Below are positions 11,890 through 24,802 of a DNA stretch of 64,000 bases, in pieces. The stretch comes from Mobula hypostoma (lineage: Eukaryota). How positions within the stretch are numbered: position 1 is the first letter of the stretch; the number at the start of each line of letters is the position of its first letter. Below the pieces are notes generated by a model, which searched no databases, was not told the origin of the DNA, and worked only from the letters and a program-made list of their open reading frames with translations. Location of the stretch: positions 39,930,001-39,994,000 of the forward strand of contig NC_086108.1 of assembly GCF_963921235.1 (NCBI RefSeq). Direction: 5' to 3'. The position numbers and the translations under genes were made by a program.

Positions 11890-14710
11890 CTTCGGCAGGA
11901 TTTAATGATGATGCCACTAGTGGTTGGTTGAAGTCGGCCTGCCTGCAGGGCTACTCTGCTCAGCCTCTTATTGTGGCTAAGTGTGAAGTGGGGGTTGTGT
12001 ATTCGCAGCCAAGGGGCAATTATCAGGGACCAGCCCAGATGGAAGGTCCCAGAGCTGGCAAAGGCTGAATCCGATCCATTCCTCCCCTACCTTCAGCAAT
12101 GCCAGTGCGGAGAGATAATTAGCACAAAACAGGAGCATTTCTTTCCTTCCAGCCTGACACAATGTGAATGTGTATGGAAATAGATTGGCTTTGTTTTTTG
12201 TTAGTATTCTTGGCATTTGCTTCTTTTCTAGAGGCATGAGAGAAAGATTTACTTTGTTTCATTTCCAAATATGGAGTTATTGTGTATAGTTATTGCCATC
12301 CATGCTTACTCATTATTTTATGAAAAATATACAAATACTTCAAAAACAAAATACATGCAGTGTTTTTTTTACATACAGTAGCCTAATAAGCACATGTTTC
12401 TTTTTGATATCCAAGAACTGGCAAGACTGGTATTTTTGACACTTGATCCTCTTTCAGACTATTTAGGTGATCTTTAAATGTACAACATAGTACAGGGACT
12501 TTGGTTATAGTTTTTTTTGGCATAAAATGTAAATGACTTTTTTACAATTGAAATTTGTTTTGGTATTCTATACTTAATGGGCTATGCTATAAAATATGAG
12601 TCAATGAATAAATGTAAATGATCCCACTATGAAGTATAATTAATGCACCTACAGTAATTTTTTTTGGCATTGACTTTGTCAGTGCAGATAACAGAAATAC
12701 ACGGAGCCTTTTGAATCTAATCCAAACATTGTGTGCATTTCTATGAGACATCTGATGCTGTTCAAAATAATTAAGCTGCTGAGTTCCTTGGCTATTATTT
12801 TGTCTCTGAAAGTCTTCAGAAGGTGAATACAAAAATAAATTTTTGAACTGTAATTGCATGGCCTAATGGTTAATTTTTGGTTAACTATAAAAAGCCAACA
12901 ATGTAATTTTTAAGAGTAAAACAAAAACCAAAGGCAATTATAAACATGACACACAATCTCTCCCAGTTAAATATGTTTCTGATTTCCACACAGGACTTTG
13001 CCCATAACTCAGTTGAAGGAGAACAAACTGTTTCACGGTGACATTTGGTATCCAGTATGGCCTCACAGCTTGAAATTATTTTATATAGCAATGTTACACA
13101 ATAGTTATCCCTTAATGAGGGACAAAATTTAATATTGTATAGTGCAAACAAGCATTTGCCCCTAAAGACTTTCAATTCAATCTTCATAATTAACTCTGTG
13201 TAATGAATTTTATCCAGATGTTTTGGTTCATACAAAACAAAGTCATAAATTTCTTTAAATATTTTATTTCTAATTTTTGACATTTAGCAGTATTTTTTAA
13301 AAAGTTCTAATGTATGGATAGTGTACATTTAAGCTAAACCTTTATTTATTATATGGGTCTAAAGGTGGCAGTAGTAATAAGCATACCACAGCTCAGCTCT
13401 TAGAGATGAACATTTTTAAGTCCAATAATTTTTGGGGAGAATTCAGGAAGTCACTACGGTATAACAGTTAAAGTGAAATGCAAATGTTTTAATGACCCAG
13501 TAATTCCTCTGAAACAATTTGTAATGTGGAATGTGAATAATGCTGCTAATCCGAAATAATGTTGAAACCTGACATCTGGAACTAAAAACATTACAGTCAG
13601 TTGTAGCTCCTCATGATCACAAATTCCTTTCAGAATGCTTGACATTATTCCAAGAGGTAAACGGCTATCGATTAATGTTAATATGTTGCTGGCAATGCTG
13701 TGCTCTAATGATCAATGCAGCTTGAGACAGGTAATAGCACTGAAAAATATACCAATTATTTTAACTAAGAAAAAATAGTTATTTATTTCTTGAATTGTAA
13801 GTCAAGCTCGGTAATATGTTAGAAGATCATCTTATTCTGGGCTCACATTTTTCATGTGTGCACCATGTTCCACAGTTTCTCTCCTGTGAGTATCCATTAT
13901 TGTGACATTAGAGTAGGATTGTTTGCTCCCTGAGGTTGATAAAAAATATAGCAAATAATGTAACCATAAGTGCTCCTGTAGGAAAATGAGAAAGTGAGGT
14001 GCTTCAGTGAGCATGCCCTGCTTTTCAACAGATTAGTGACCAGTAGAGTTTCCACTTTTTTGTACTATCCCTTGATTTCCTTAGTATCTAAAACTTGTCT
14101 ATTAATTTCAAAAGCAAAAATAGTATTTTACATTGAGATGGCACAAAATTATTTGAAAAATAAATGCAAGTGTGATGAAATGTAGCCAGTAATTACTGCA
14201 TTTCTAATGGATAACATAATTATTTTTTCTTTCTCTATTGCCTTTTCATTGACTAGCACCTTTGTAAATTAAACACAATAGAAATTTGAGTCAATCACAG
14301 TTTGAAGGGGAAATTACTTTTGTCATAGTGTCAAATGTTAAGTAATCTTAAATGGCTTCAGCTCAATTATTTTCAGTATAAGTAACTGTTCCAGAGACAA
14401 GACATCAATATCAAGAAACAAAGTTAATCTAGCTTGCTATCTGAGTGATTTAGTTTGTCTTTTCCAGATAGGACTGATAACTATAAACACTTAACACATT
14501 TGAGTAGTTTTTGACTTGGAACTGCTTTTCACTGTTGAAAAGATATAATAGCTCACTCACAATATTGTTCTCCATGATTTATAGTTCTTTTGGACTCAGT
14601 AAATGAACCTTTGTCCCAAGAACACATAGTACACTGCTAAGGCATTTTATAATATTTGTTCTTGATAATGGTCCTTTTCCTGTCATTTAAAGGATTGTTT
14701 TATTTTCTAG

Positions 14711-14821
14711 CTTCGCCAATTAGTAAATATCTGCATTAATCCGGATCCAGAGAAGAGACCAGATATTGCCTATGTCTATGAGGTAGCTAAGCGCATGCAT
14801 GCACTTTCTTCAGGAAGCTAA
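14711..14821 (+). CDS. NEK7: NEK7 last coding exon, 111 nt including TAA stop
   Basis: After the ttttctag acceptor it reads [36 protein letters not shown]. It is in frame with the 10656-10769 exon and matches the NEK7 C-terminus. Confidence 0.96.
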   Translation, partial: LRQLVNICINPDPEKRPDIAYVYEVAKRMHALSSGS

Positions 14822-17800
14822 AACAAATCATGCATTGTGAAGACAGGAAAACAGAAGACATGAACATAAAATTTCAGTATTTCTGTATTCTATCATTAGT
14901 CTATTATTCTATGTCTATGAATAGTTGTACAGAATTCAGTGGTTCAATGGAATGAAAGTTATACAAGCTCAGATGAATTCTTAATGACATGGTTCTTTCT
15001 GCTGATCTGCAGTTGTTTTAATAATTACATCCTCTCAGTGGCCTTCAGTGTTTTCATTTCCACACTTGATATTTTGAAAATAAAATTAGTGTGACTACAA
15101 TATTTTTTACAATCATAAGCAAATCTGTTTTCTCTAGGCCTGTTGGACCAGAGTTGTTAGATAACTCATGCTTTTATTTACTAAATGCTGTAGCCTTTGC
15201 GGTATTTTCTGTTGACCCCAAGCTGCTTAATGGTATTGTATGAATTTGCAGAAAGTTTTGGTGTGCTATGCCAATCAGCATTTGGTTTGTCTGGACCAAA
15301 TTCTCAATTGCTTCGACGTTCCTTGTAAGTCACATAAATGATAACCAAAACACTATTAAATATTAATTGACATTTATGGTTTCTAAAAAGTGCCTTCACT
15401 TTCATTTTGTTAAAACCTGCAGATTAATGCAATAATTTTAATTGCCCATCGATGTTGAACCACCAAGAAGAACAATTATTGCTCAGTTACAACTATCTTG
15501 TGATTGGGAAACAATATTATCCCGTTTTATTGTCTTTGCAAAGATCCAGTTGAGATTCCTAACTAAGCTGAAGAGACAAGCGTTCAACTTGTCTCTTGTT
15601 GATTTGTAGTCTACCTTAATTTTATTTTTATTATTTTGTGGATTTAAAAAATTTTTGTAGTTTCTTTGCACCCCAGTTATTTGAATATTCAATTCTACTT
15701 CTGCAAAGCTTTCTCTTATGTAGTTGGAAAAGTTCCACACAGATTGGCATTAAACAAATTTATTAATATGGTTCCAAACAAATGTGATAATTTTCATAAA
15801 ATATGATAATCAATGGGGAACTGGTATAGAATCATAAAACTGTAGGCCATACCTGGAGGATTAACTCTTGAGAATCCAGAACATCTTACGGCCAAAAAGT
15901 GATATTCATCAGTTAAAAAATAATTTTGGCCCTGAATGAAATTTTTTACAAGGTCTGATACTTGATCATGCAGATCGAAGATAATGTAATCTCAGCAATT
16001 ATAGTTGACATGTTACAATTGAACATGGTGCCTTTGAATTAAGAGGGGGAAATGATTTGAGCTTTCTGCTCCAGATTACTATCAATATCCACAATTCTAA
16101 AAATCCCAATCAGAATTCACAAACAAAAATTGGCTGTTTGGACAATATTAGTCAAAACACCTGGTCCTTTAGAATACAAGGCAAAAAAAAGCATTGGAGA
16201 ATTTGAGAGGATAAGAAAAGTCCTTCCATGTGAAATAGACTTTCTGCTATACTTTTATCTTCAATATTTTAGAATTCATTTGTGTATAAATATGTTACTA
16301 TATGTAGAGAATAGTATTCACTGATTTGAGTAGTGCCTCTCCAAAAGTGAGTATCTGCCATCCAGCATTGTTATCGAGCAGTAACGAATTAAGTTAACTT
16401 GAGATTTTGGCCTAAATTAAAATTTGTTGTGTTTTTAGTTCTAAGACTTGATTTAAAAAAAAGTTCTCTAATTAATAAATGATCTTTTAATTAATTTGAA
16501 GAGTCATTTATTGAGTCAAATACATCTATTTTACAAACATTATAATTCCTTTGCAATTTTTTCCTTATTGCTTAGAGATTTTAAGTAGTATAGCTAAACA
16601 CCACTGCTGGTTTTGTTGACGTATTCCATGTATTAAAACAAAATCAATTTGATTTTTTGTTGATCATTTCAAGTCCAAAAGCAGCTTTTGTATTGGATGG
16701 TATGAACCGATATGAAACAGGACAATGGTACTGCATTCAATTTTTTTTAAAATAGGTAATATTAATTTGAAATTCTTTTAGCTCTGCAGTTTTGTATCAA
16801 TTTAATGGACACCAATTTTCCTAAAATATTCATTTCTAAATTCTTCCTAAAATGCTCTACCAATTTGTGCAACTTATTTGTAAATCCAAGCAATGTTATT
16901 TTTGCAAATTATTTACTTCTTTAGAAAAAGAAAACACATTTAATTTAAATCCTTCCTAATTTTCAATGTGTTACACTTGTTAATAGAGCCAGATTCAAAA
17001 TGTTCCTAGATTTGAATATTCTTTGACAAGAACTTATGTAGGGAAAACCAGAGTACAGTATAATGTGCTTTTATGTTTTACAGAGATGTTAAAATGTTTG
17101 TATCTAATATCATTAAGTGCATACTGATAAAGAATATATATTAAAGATTCCACTGCAGAGATTTCAATTGCTTTCCAGTATATTAACAAGAAAAATGCAT
17201 CTTTTGGTAAATAGTTGTATAATCTGTTCAATGGAAATGACACCATTTTATTACAAATCCAAAGGTTAGATATGAGATGGATTTTGCTTTTGTTCAAATT
17301 TATTCTTATTCACTGTAAAATCTAACATGCTGCTTGTCCTTGGTCAATTTTCGGATAATCGTTTATATTCTGAAAAATTGCTCTGCTTTTGCAATTCTGT
17401 TGCAACTACACTTGAAACTAATTACTTCCTTTCATATAATTGAAGAGCATTGCAGTAGATTTTCATGACTTAGCACTTGTGTGCATGCACCTCCTCTCTT
17501 GTACCTGGAATGATATTACTACCTGCTGTTTTGTTTTGTTCACTTCTGTGAATGACATTTGTCTACCTATAATTTGTTGCATTCACCCTGAATATCTAAA
17601 CATTGTTCTGAAACTTCGCTTAATATGAGTTACAAGAAGTACCTGCTAACCAGTTATCTGATTGTAATTGTTGATCAGTTAAAGATGGCATAGTAAATGG
17701 CTGAATTGAGTGACATCATTGTCAATACAAAATGGGTGTTTACCCTGAGCGCTGTATGGCTAGTTATTTTTTTACTAGATAATTTTCCATCCAATAAGTT

Positions 17801-19510
17801 AACTATTAGTCACTTTATAAAAGCTTGAATAGATTTTATTACCAATTCATGCATTTTATTATCATGGACTTTACAATTTGAAAGCTATCGTTGTTATTCT
17901 AATATATTACTATATAATTCTTTTTGCTGGATTTTAAAAAATGATACAAGGAACAATCTGTAGTCTTTCAGGTACTTGTAATGAAATTTTATTAATGAGA
18001 TGTAAAAGGCTGGCCTCCAGGTTTGTTTCATAGCTGATTTGTGTGAATCTTTTGTAATATTTTGTGTGCAATTATCTACAACCATGATAAGGAAGGGTGT
18101 TTTTCCTTCCAATTCTGATAAGTTCTTGTTATCCTTTTTTCTGTGTGTCTCTGCATGAAGTAGAACCCATCCCTTGCAAGTCAATATGCACGTGATAGCA
18201 ATCTGTAACCTAGAGTTTTCTTGTCACAATCTTTCCTAATGATGAAAATCATTAGAATTCTTCATAACTTGGTTTAGGACTGTTAAGTTTAAACATGTAG
18301 TTTGCTGTGACGTAAAATGTATAAATGCATAATTAAAATGACTACTTAGTTACATATTTGTATCTGTAAAAGAATATTTAAAATGGTTTATTAGTAAGAG
18401 AAAACTAACTAATTTTAATTGGAAAATGTACAAGTGCATAGTAATGAGGATAGACCAGTTTGAGTTTCTTGATTTTGTAAAATCTGCTTGATACAACTTT
18501 TTATTACTTAAGAATTTCTGATTTAAGTAATGAGTCTTGCATGTATAAAAGCACAATCCAGCACTGGGTGCAGGGATAATAATGCTTGCTAAGGAGACAG
18601 TGTCTGTATGTTGAAAAGTCACCTGTCAATATTTAAATGTTTACTCCTTTTTCATATACAGTACTCGGTGTAAAGTTGTGCTTTATTGCATTTGGTGGAG
18701 ACATGATACAATATATATATTTTTAAATAAGGCAATTTTTCAATTTGAATGGACTCACTAATATAAATTGTGAAGTTACTCAAGACACTCTCAGAAAGAT
18801 TATTTTGTAAGCACACTGTTTATTTTTACAGGGTAGCATATAGGCGAAGGAATAATGGTTTCTGACAAATCGCTTTAAAGCATATACTGTGACTATTAAG
18901 TACATTTGCTTGTTCTGTGAAATTGAAAATCGAATGACGTGACCTAAAATGCACAAATTATCTGAGTTTTACTGAAATCCTTCTGCGTTTCAGCAATTTT
19001 ATTTGAATGTATGGAAGGTTAATTATGTCATTGTACTTCTGCTTTGTTAAATCCCAACAGTTCTCTCTGCCAGAGAAATCCTATCTGCTGGCGATAATAG
19101 TTTTACTATCTCATTGCCACCTAGTGGTAGCACAGTTATGTTGCACTTCAAGGACAACACTAACCAAAAATAAAATCTATTGTTTTAACTGCAAAAATAT
19201 GTATATATCATTTGTATACATCCTCAATCATTAATTTACCCTGTTCAGTATAATTTTTTTCTGATTCTAAATGCAGTTGCTTTATCATTAAAATTGGAAC
19301 TTTTATTCCACTTATGGGCATTGTTCAGTCAAACTGGGTTTTGTTTTGTAATAAAATGTTACTCAACTGAATCACCATGTGCACCTTACAAGAAGTACCA
19401 GACTCCTAACTAAAGATTTCATCCTCATCAATTGCCATTTATCTGTAATTCTTAATTTTGTTGTTTTGCCAGTTTCATTAACCTAATAAAAAGAATTTTG
19501 AATGTAGTGC
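14822..19510 (+). other. NEK7: Probable long NEK7 3' UTR (end uncertain)
   Basis: AU-rich and free of recognisable repeats after the stop. AATAAA at 19350-19355 and 19485-19490, followed by U-rich sequence; Pumilio-type TGTATATA at 19200-19207. Repeats resume at about 20060. Earlier AATAAA hexamers also exist. Confidence 0.5.
19115..19145 (-). promoter_or_regulatory. CTCF binding site: core plus upstream motif
   Basis: Minus strand reads TGCAA-N13-CCACTAGGTGGCA; the core is at 19115-19127. Confidence 0.6.
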
Positions 19511-20058
19511 TTCTTTCAACTTTAATATAATATTTTTTTCTCTTAAGTGATTGCATTCCTGGTGAAAGTGGTTTATAGGCTTACTTTGTTTTCCCTGTAT
19601 TCTGGCAAGTTGCTATCAATGTGCAGAGAAGGGAAAAACCACTGCTTTCCGAAAAGTGTGGATGCTATCATTGCCCGTTGTTCAATGTAACTGTTGTGGT
19701 CCCCACACAACTGAAGTGTGAACACTCGTGCTTGAGCTGGTGAAGTGCAGGAAATTAATACAGGTTAAAAGACAGAACATGCCCACAAAATCTAGATTGG
19801 CACAGTGCATAAGTGATGGTGTGATACACTATCAAAGATCTGTGTCTGTTGAGGTGTTGAGCTGGTGCCTTATTTACCTTCTCAAATGATATTTTGATGA
19901 GCACCATTTTGAGGACTTTGTTCCCATGTTCCTTAAATGATTCCTGTCACAATACATGGGAAGGACCTCATGGTCACTGAAGCTCTTTGGTAACCCCTCA
20001 AGCTGTAAAGACGTGCTACGTGCAATTATTTCTTTAAACTTTTGAATTAAGGAATTTA

Positions 20059-20383
20059 AAGATTAAAGATGGGCTTTATTTGGCATGTACACATCAGAAC
20101 ATACAGTGAAATGCAACATTTTGGCATCTACAATGAACGGATGTGATGGGGACAGTCCACAAATGTCGCAATACTTCTGGTGGTGACATTGCATGCTCAT
20201 AACTTACTAACCTTAACCCTTGCTTCTCTTTGGAATATGGGAATAAACTGGAGCACCTGGAAGAAACTCACATGTTCATGGGGAGAATGTACAAATTCTT
20301 CACAGACAGTAGTGGGAATTGAATCCCAGTGTTCCAATCACTGCTGATGTAAACCATTACTCCAAATGCAAAGCTACAGTGCC
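20059..20383 (-). mobile_element. V-SINE (HE1-like) with a Rex1-like 3' tail
   Basis: V-domain-like ggagcacctggaagaaactcacatgttcatggggagaatgtacaaa; decayed tRNA head (gggaattgaatccc); tail aaagattaaagat...ctttatt. Confidence 0.65.
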
Positions 20384-20404
20384 ATTTTCGCACAGTGAAC
20401 ACTT

Positions 20405-20930
20405 CCAGAACAACAACGTGTACTTAATGTGAAAAAATGTTACAAGCCATTTTGCAGGCACATAACATTTGATACAGTACAAGGTATGGAAAACTTAGCA
20501 TGAACCTGAATAGATTTGGCTCGAGGTAGGTTTAAAGGGGCTTCTTGTAGAGAGCTGTCGGCCTTGCAGGTGAAATCACAACTTTGAAATGAGCAATTAA
20601 AAAATAGGTGTTATCCAAAAAAATGAGGTGCAGAGACATATGTATGATAGAGCTGGAGAAGAGATGTGGAGGAAGATTTGGAGAAAAAAAAAATAAACAG
20701 TTGAGACCATGCAGCATATATGTGGGTTATATAAGCAGGACTTGATGTAATTTACAATGTTAAAAGCTGAGTTTGATATGACATCTGGTTGGGAGGTGGG
20801 GGGGAAGGAATTTTACAGGGATAATTAGCCAAGGATGTGTTGGAATATGAAGGAAAAAGTTATCGATAGGATCTTGACAATAGATGAGTTGAGGTAGGAT
20901 GAAGCCAGATAAAGTTGTAGTGGTAATAAT
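20405..20930 (-). mobile_element. Old L2-type LINE 3' fragment
   Basis: Decayed similarity to a recalled L2 3' end (aacaacaac...gaggtaggtttaaagggg). Confidence 0.35.
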
Positions 20931-21083
20931 CAGTCATTTTACTGAAGGTTAGAGCAGTTCAGCTCTAAATAGATACCAGGTAAAGGGATGGCATACGGTA
21001 GAGTCTATAACAGGAAACAGGATAAATATTGTTTTCTTTTTTTCATTTTTCCATGGTAAATTGTATATTGATCATGAGCATGC

Positions 21084-21107
21084 AGGCATGCTGAATTCAG
21101 CATGCCT
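21084..21107. repeat. Perfect 24 bp palindrome
   Basis: AGGCATGCTGAATTCAGCATGCCT equals its own reverse complement. Confidence 0.95.
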
Positions 21108-21929
21108 AATCCCTATCAAAAGTAATAACAGAGCAGGTGATATGGTCCCAAATGAGGCAAGATCAAATTTAAAGCAGATACTTAAAAATAATCAATGTGT
21201 GAAATAGAAGTCCCAGCTGGAATAGAGGTGACATTGATAATGATATCATAGGAGAGGATGGGGTCTTACAAAGGGAATGTTCTTTGCTTCCGGGTGAATG
21301 TAATATGGACTGAAATTTTCCATGGGTGGTAATATTGTAAGAGTATTATTCACGATATCGCAGTTAACTGCTTTAGTTACATAAGTGGGAAAATGCATCC
21401 TAAATTTTCATGTGAAATCACATACTAGGAATAATATTCAGATTTCTCAATCAAATTTTCAGGCAGTTCAAGAAATGTATGCATGCATCAGAAGAGTTGG
21501 ATTGGTACAAATATTGGGAGCAGACTAAAATACCATTATTGTACTTTTAAATCTGAGCTTTTTAATCTTAACAGATACTGTTTGGCAAATAAGAAAAATG
21601 CAGGTATGTTGAATTATTACATTGCATCACCATTTACAATATGCAAAGAATATGATACCAAGTAAACTACTGAAACATTGAGTTATGAAAATTGCAATAA
21701 TGAAGTAATAACACTGGGCGATAAATTCCCAAGACCAGATGGCTTCCTTTTAAAGGAGTGGGAGAAAGCATTCATGATTCTTCCTTTTGGATTGGATTTG
21801 TGTGCATGGCATGTTATTCAACTCTTTAGAGGTATATGTTCTTCCAATGATGTTTGGAGGAATACTAGATATTGTAAGCAAGTTGGACTCAAGTGCATTT
21901 GAAAATCCAGAACATAATGAAAAATATCA

Positions 21930-22430
21930 GGTCATAGAGTTATAGAGCACCTAAACGGGCCCTTTAACCAACTGGTCCATGCCAACGAAGCTAGTTCCAT
22001 TTGCCTGTATTTGGCTCATGTCCCTCAAACCCTTTTGTTTCCATATACCAATTGAGTACTGTTTTAAATGTTAATAAGTGAATGATTCTCATTAACAAAA
22101 AACATTTTATTTTGAGAAGGCAATGAAAGTAATAGGCAAGTATGCGTCATTGGATGTTAGTTAAATGGTCTTTCAGAAGACACTGAAAGTCTCTCATAAA
22201 AGGTGGTTGAAGTCAAAGCCCAAGAGGTTAGAATGTAATTATTGACTATAAAAAATGACTGGGAACAGAGTAAGAGTCATATTAAGGACATCTGATTATG
22301 TAGAGACAAACAATTTTGGTTGGAGGATCTAGGAATGGGACAGTATCCTTAAAAAAAATACAACAGACCTCTCAAAAATGATGAAACATCCTTAGTAATA
22401 AAATAAGACAAATTTTTGAATCTGTGACAA
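21930..22430. mobile_element. Two CR1 fragments: 3' end on minus (about 21930-22075) and decayed RT on plus (about 22080-22430)
   Basis: gtcatagagttatagagcac...gggcccttt tail, followed by decayed D...DFQKA..KV.HKR-like coding sequence. Confidence 0.45.
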
Positions 22431-23184
22431 GGAGCTCTGATCTAAATGAATTGAAGAACTTTTTATGGTGGTAAATAAGTCTTGTTCCTTTGTTTCAGTA
22501 TAGCTCCATCACGTTGTACCTGTACATGAAAAACTGATTCAGAAGTACATTGTGTAAATTATCTTAACACAGTTGCATTCCAAAATACCTAGCCTGTGTC
22601 CTAATCTGCTCTGGGGCTAAACTTAATGCTTTTTGTCGGAGCAATTGCATTTCTGTTGCTCAATTACATTAACACAATTAATTGTATCGTCCTAACTTGT
22701 CTAGCTGGACATGTAAATGGCTTTCTTAATAGGTTATGAATAAATGAATCTTCTGTTCTCAATAACCAATTTTCAAAACTGATTGCATAATGATATCTAC
22801 AATGGGCTCGTGTAGCTATAAAAATAATGAAATTATGTTTTTTTTTTGATGAATCTGGTTACAAGTTTGTAAAATCTCTGCTAGGGACACAAGATTTTCA
22901 ACCAATAAGTGTGCATCATGTACTACAGAGATGTAACTTGCAGGGCATTTTATTTAAAGGTGATTTTTCTGATTTGTTGAGGTCAGAAATGTAAAAAAAA
23001 ATTTAAAAAAACAGAAACCCAATAGGAACAGAAATACATTACCACTTCCAGGGCCATACTTATTTATACACTTTGTACAATTATATTTCTATCCCTTACC
23101 TAGATTAACATGGCTAATTTTATCCTCCTTTTCTTTCCTAGATAAATTAATTGTTATTCCTTTTCACACTTTGTGAGTGTGACT

Positions 23185-23347
23185 TAGGGCAGTATTTTGT
23201 CATTTCTGTAGCATTTGACTGTTTTTTCACGAGTTGCTAGCTTGGCGTTCAACCCAGCACGAATGGAAAGCTTGCAAGGAACTGACCGGATTTGAACTCG
23301 GGACCATTTACCTCAAAGTCCAGTGCTGATGCCACTACACCACTGGC
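23185..23347 (-). mobile_element. tRNA-derived SINE
   Basis: Minus strand carries Pol III A box TGGTGTAGTGG (23332-23342) and B box GAGTTCAAATCC (23288-23299), with no complete cloverleaf. Confidence 0.7.
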
Positions 23348-23556
23348 TGACTAAATAATTTGTATCACATGTTTTGTCTCCCTCTCAGCACAGCATGACC
23401 TGCTGACATTTCCTCCAGCCCTGTCATTTTGCACATTTTAAGTGTTCTGCTTCTAACTTCCCTTACTAACCTGTCAACTGTATGGCTTCATCTGTAAGGC
23501 AGCCCTAGCTTCCTTTTAGAGAGATTTTCTTTGTCCTATCCATTCCCCAAGCCCCT

Positions 23557-23573
23557 CCCCCCCCCCCCCCCCC
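23557..23573. repeat. Poly-C tract (C17)
   Basis: Directly visible; lies in a decayed Penelope-like pyrimidine-rich segment. Confidence 0.9.
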
Positions 23574-23669
23574 ATTCTTACAGAGAGTTGACCTTGGGCA
23601 TTAACTCTCATGTACGCTACTTAACTTGTTGAGAGCTCCGGGCACTTTGTTTTCATTAATTCTTCTTTA

Positions 23670-23913
23670 GATCTGATTTAATATGCCATGGCTACCACCA
23701 GCTTGATCAAGACCTGTGTGGACAATTGTCTGCCTTTGAAAACATATTGAGCATACCCAAGCCAGAATCTTTGGATGAGTAGGGAGATTTGTAGTCTGTT
23801 GAGGACCTGTGGTGTTCAGGACCTGTGATTCAGAACCCTACAAGTAGTCGAGGTACAACCTACAAAGGTCTTCGTAAAAGTGAGAAGGTATTTCTATGTG
23901 AAGTTGGAGACAC
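23670..23913 (+). mobile_element. Rex1/Babar LINE fragment (region between endonuclease and RT)
   Basis: Alignable by eye to 24803-25055; decayed YPNQKPW-like motif. Confidence 0.6.
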
Positions 23914-24304
23914 ACAAGATTCTTCACTATTCCATCACTTTTGTGGTGTATGTATTAAAACTTGATCTGAAAAATTCAAGACTGCTACATCATGCAACGT
24001 TCAATTTCCCTCCTGGCCATATTGTTTCTTCATCCAGTGCATCTCTAGTTTCATTTTCTCTTTTAAGGCCATCCCCTAGGATTGAGGTTGACTTGATCCA
24101 AATCATTTCTGGATGCTGAGGCGCCTGATGAGGCCAATGTGTGAATCACAGACTCTACCATAGCTGGTACTGGAAGTGCTTGATTAGCCTGATTGGAGGT
24201 GCCGTGCTCCTTTCAGTGTTATGCTGAGTATCTGTGTTGTCCCAGTACATTCTGTGCATTACAAAGGGAGCCAACACACTTAATCAAACACCATCAAAGA
24301 ATGC

Positions 24305-24648
24305 TTTGTGTGGAAGAGCAGAGGGATCTGGGGGTACATGTCCACAGATCCCTGAAAGTTGCCTCACAGGTAGATAGGGTAGTTAAGAAAGCTTATGGGG
24401 TAAGGGGTGGGAAGTTCAAGGGGGATGTTAGAGGAAGGTTTTTTATTCAGAGAGTGGTTGGTGCGTGGAATGCACTGCCTGAGTCAGTGGTGAAGGCAGA
24501 TACACTAGTGAAGTTTAAGAGACTACTAGACAGGTATATGGAGGAATTTAAGGTGGGGGGGGGTATATGGGAGGCAGGGTTTGAGGGTCGGCACAACATT
24601 GTGGGCCGAAGGGCCTGTAATGTGCTGTACTATTCTATGTTCTATGTT
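24305..24648 (+). mobile_element. Young 5'-truncated CR1 with an internal deletion
   Basis: Reads VEEQRDLGVHVHRSLKVASQVDRVVKKAYG joined to VRGGKFKGDVRGRFFIQRVVGAWNALPE, with a (TTCTATG)n tail. Confidence 0.85.
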
Positions 24649-24802
24649 TGCATGCCATCTTGCACCCACACTTTGGCAAGTCCAATCACCTACTTGTAAT
24701 TCTACACCTGGCATATTGGCAGAAACTGAGGAAGATGAAAGTATGGTCAAGGGTAGCAAAGGAGCATTTATAATGCTACTTTGAATATTGGACTAGACCA
24801 TA

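Noticed and set aside
12885..13283. 132 aa minus-strand ORF and many other 60-150 aa ORFs in AT-rich DNA
   Set aside because: No recognisable domains or splice support; composition is typical of chance ORFs in intronic and intergenic DNA.
23288..23347. tRNA gene
   Set aside because: A and B boxes are present, but there is no cloverleaf or acceptor stem and it continues into a SINE body.
24120..24150. CTGATGA motif as a possible hammerhead core (also near 6872 and 9343)
   Set aside because: No stem II closing onto GAAA and no compatible stem I or NUH site.
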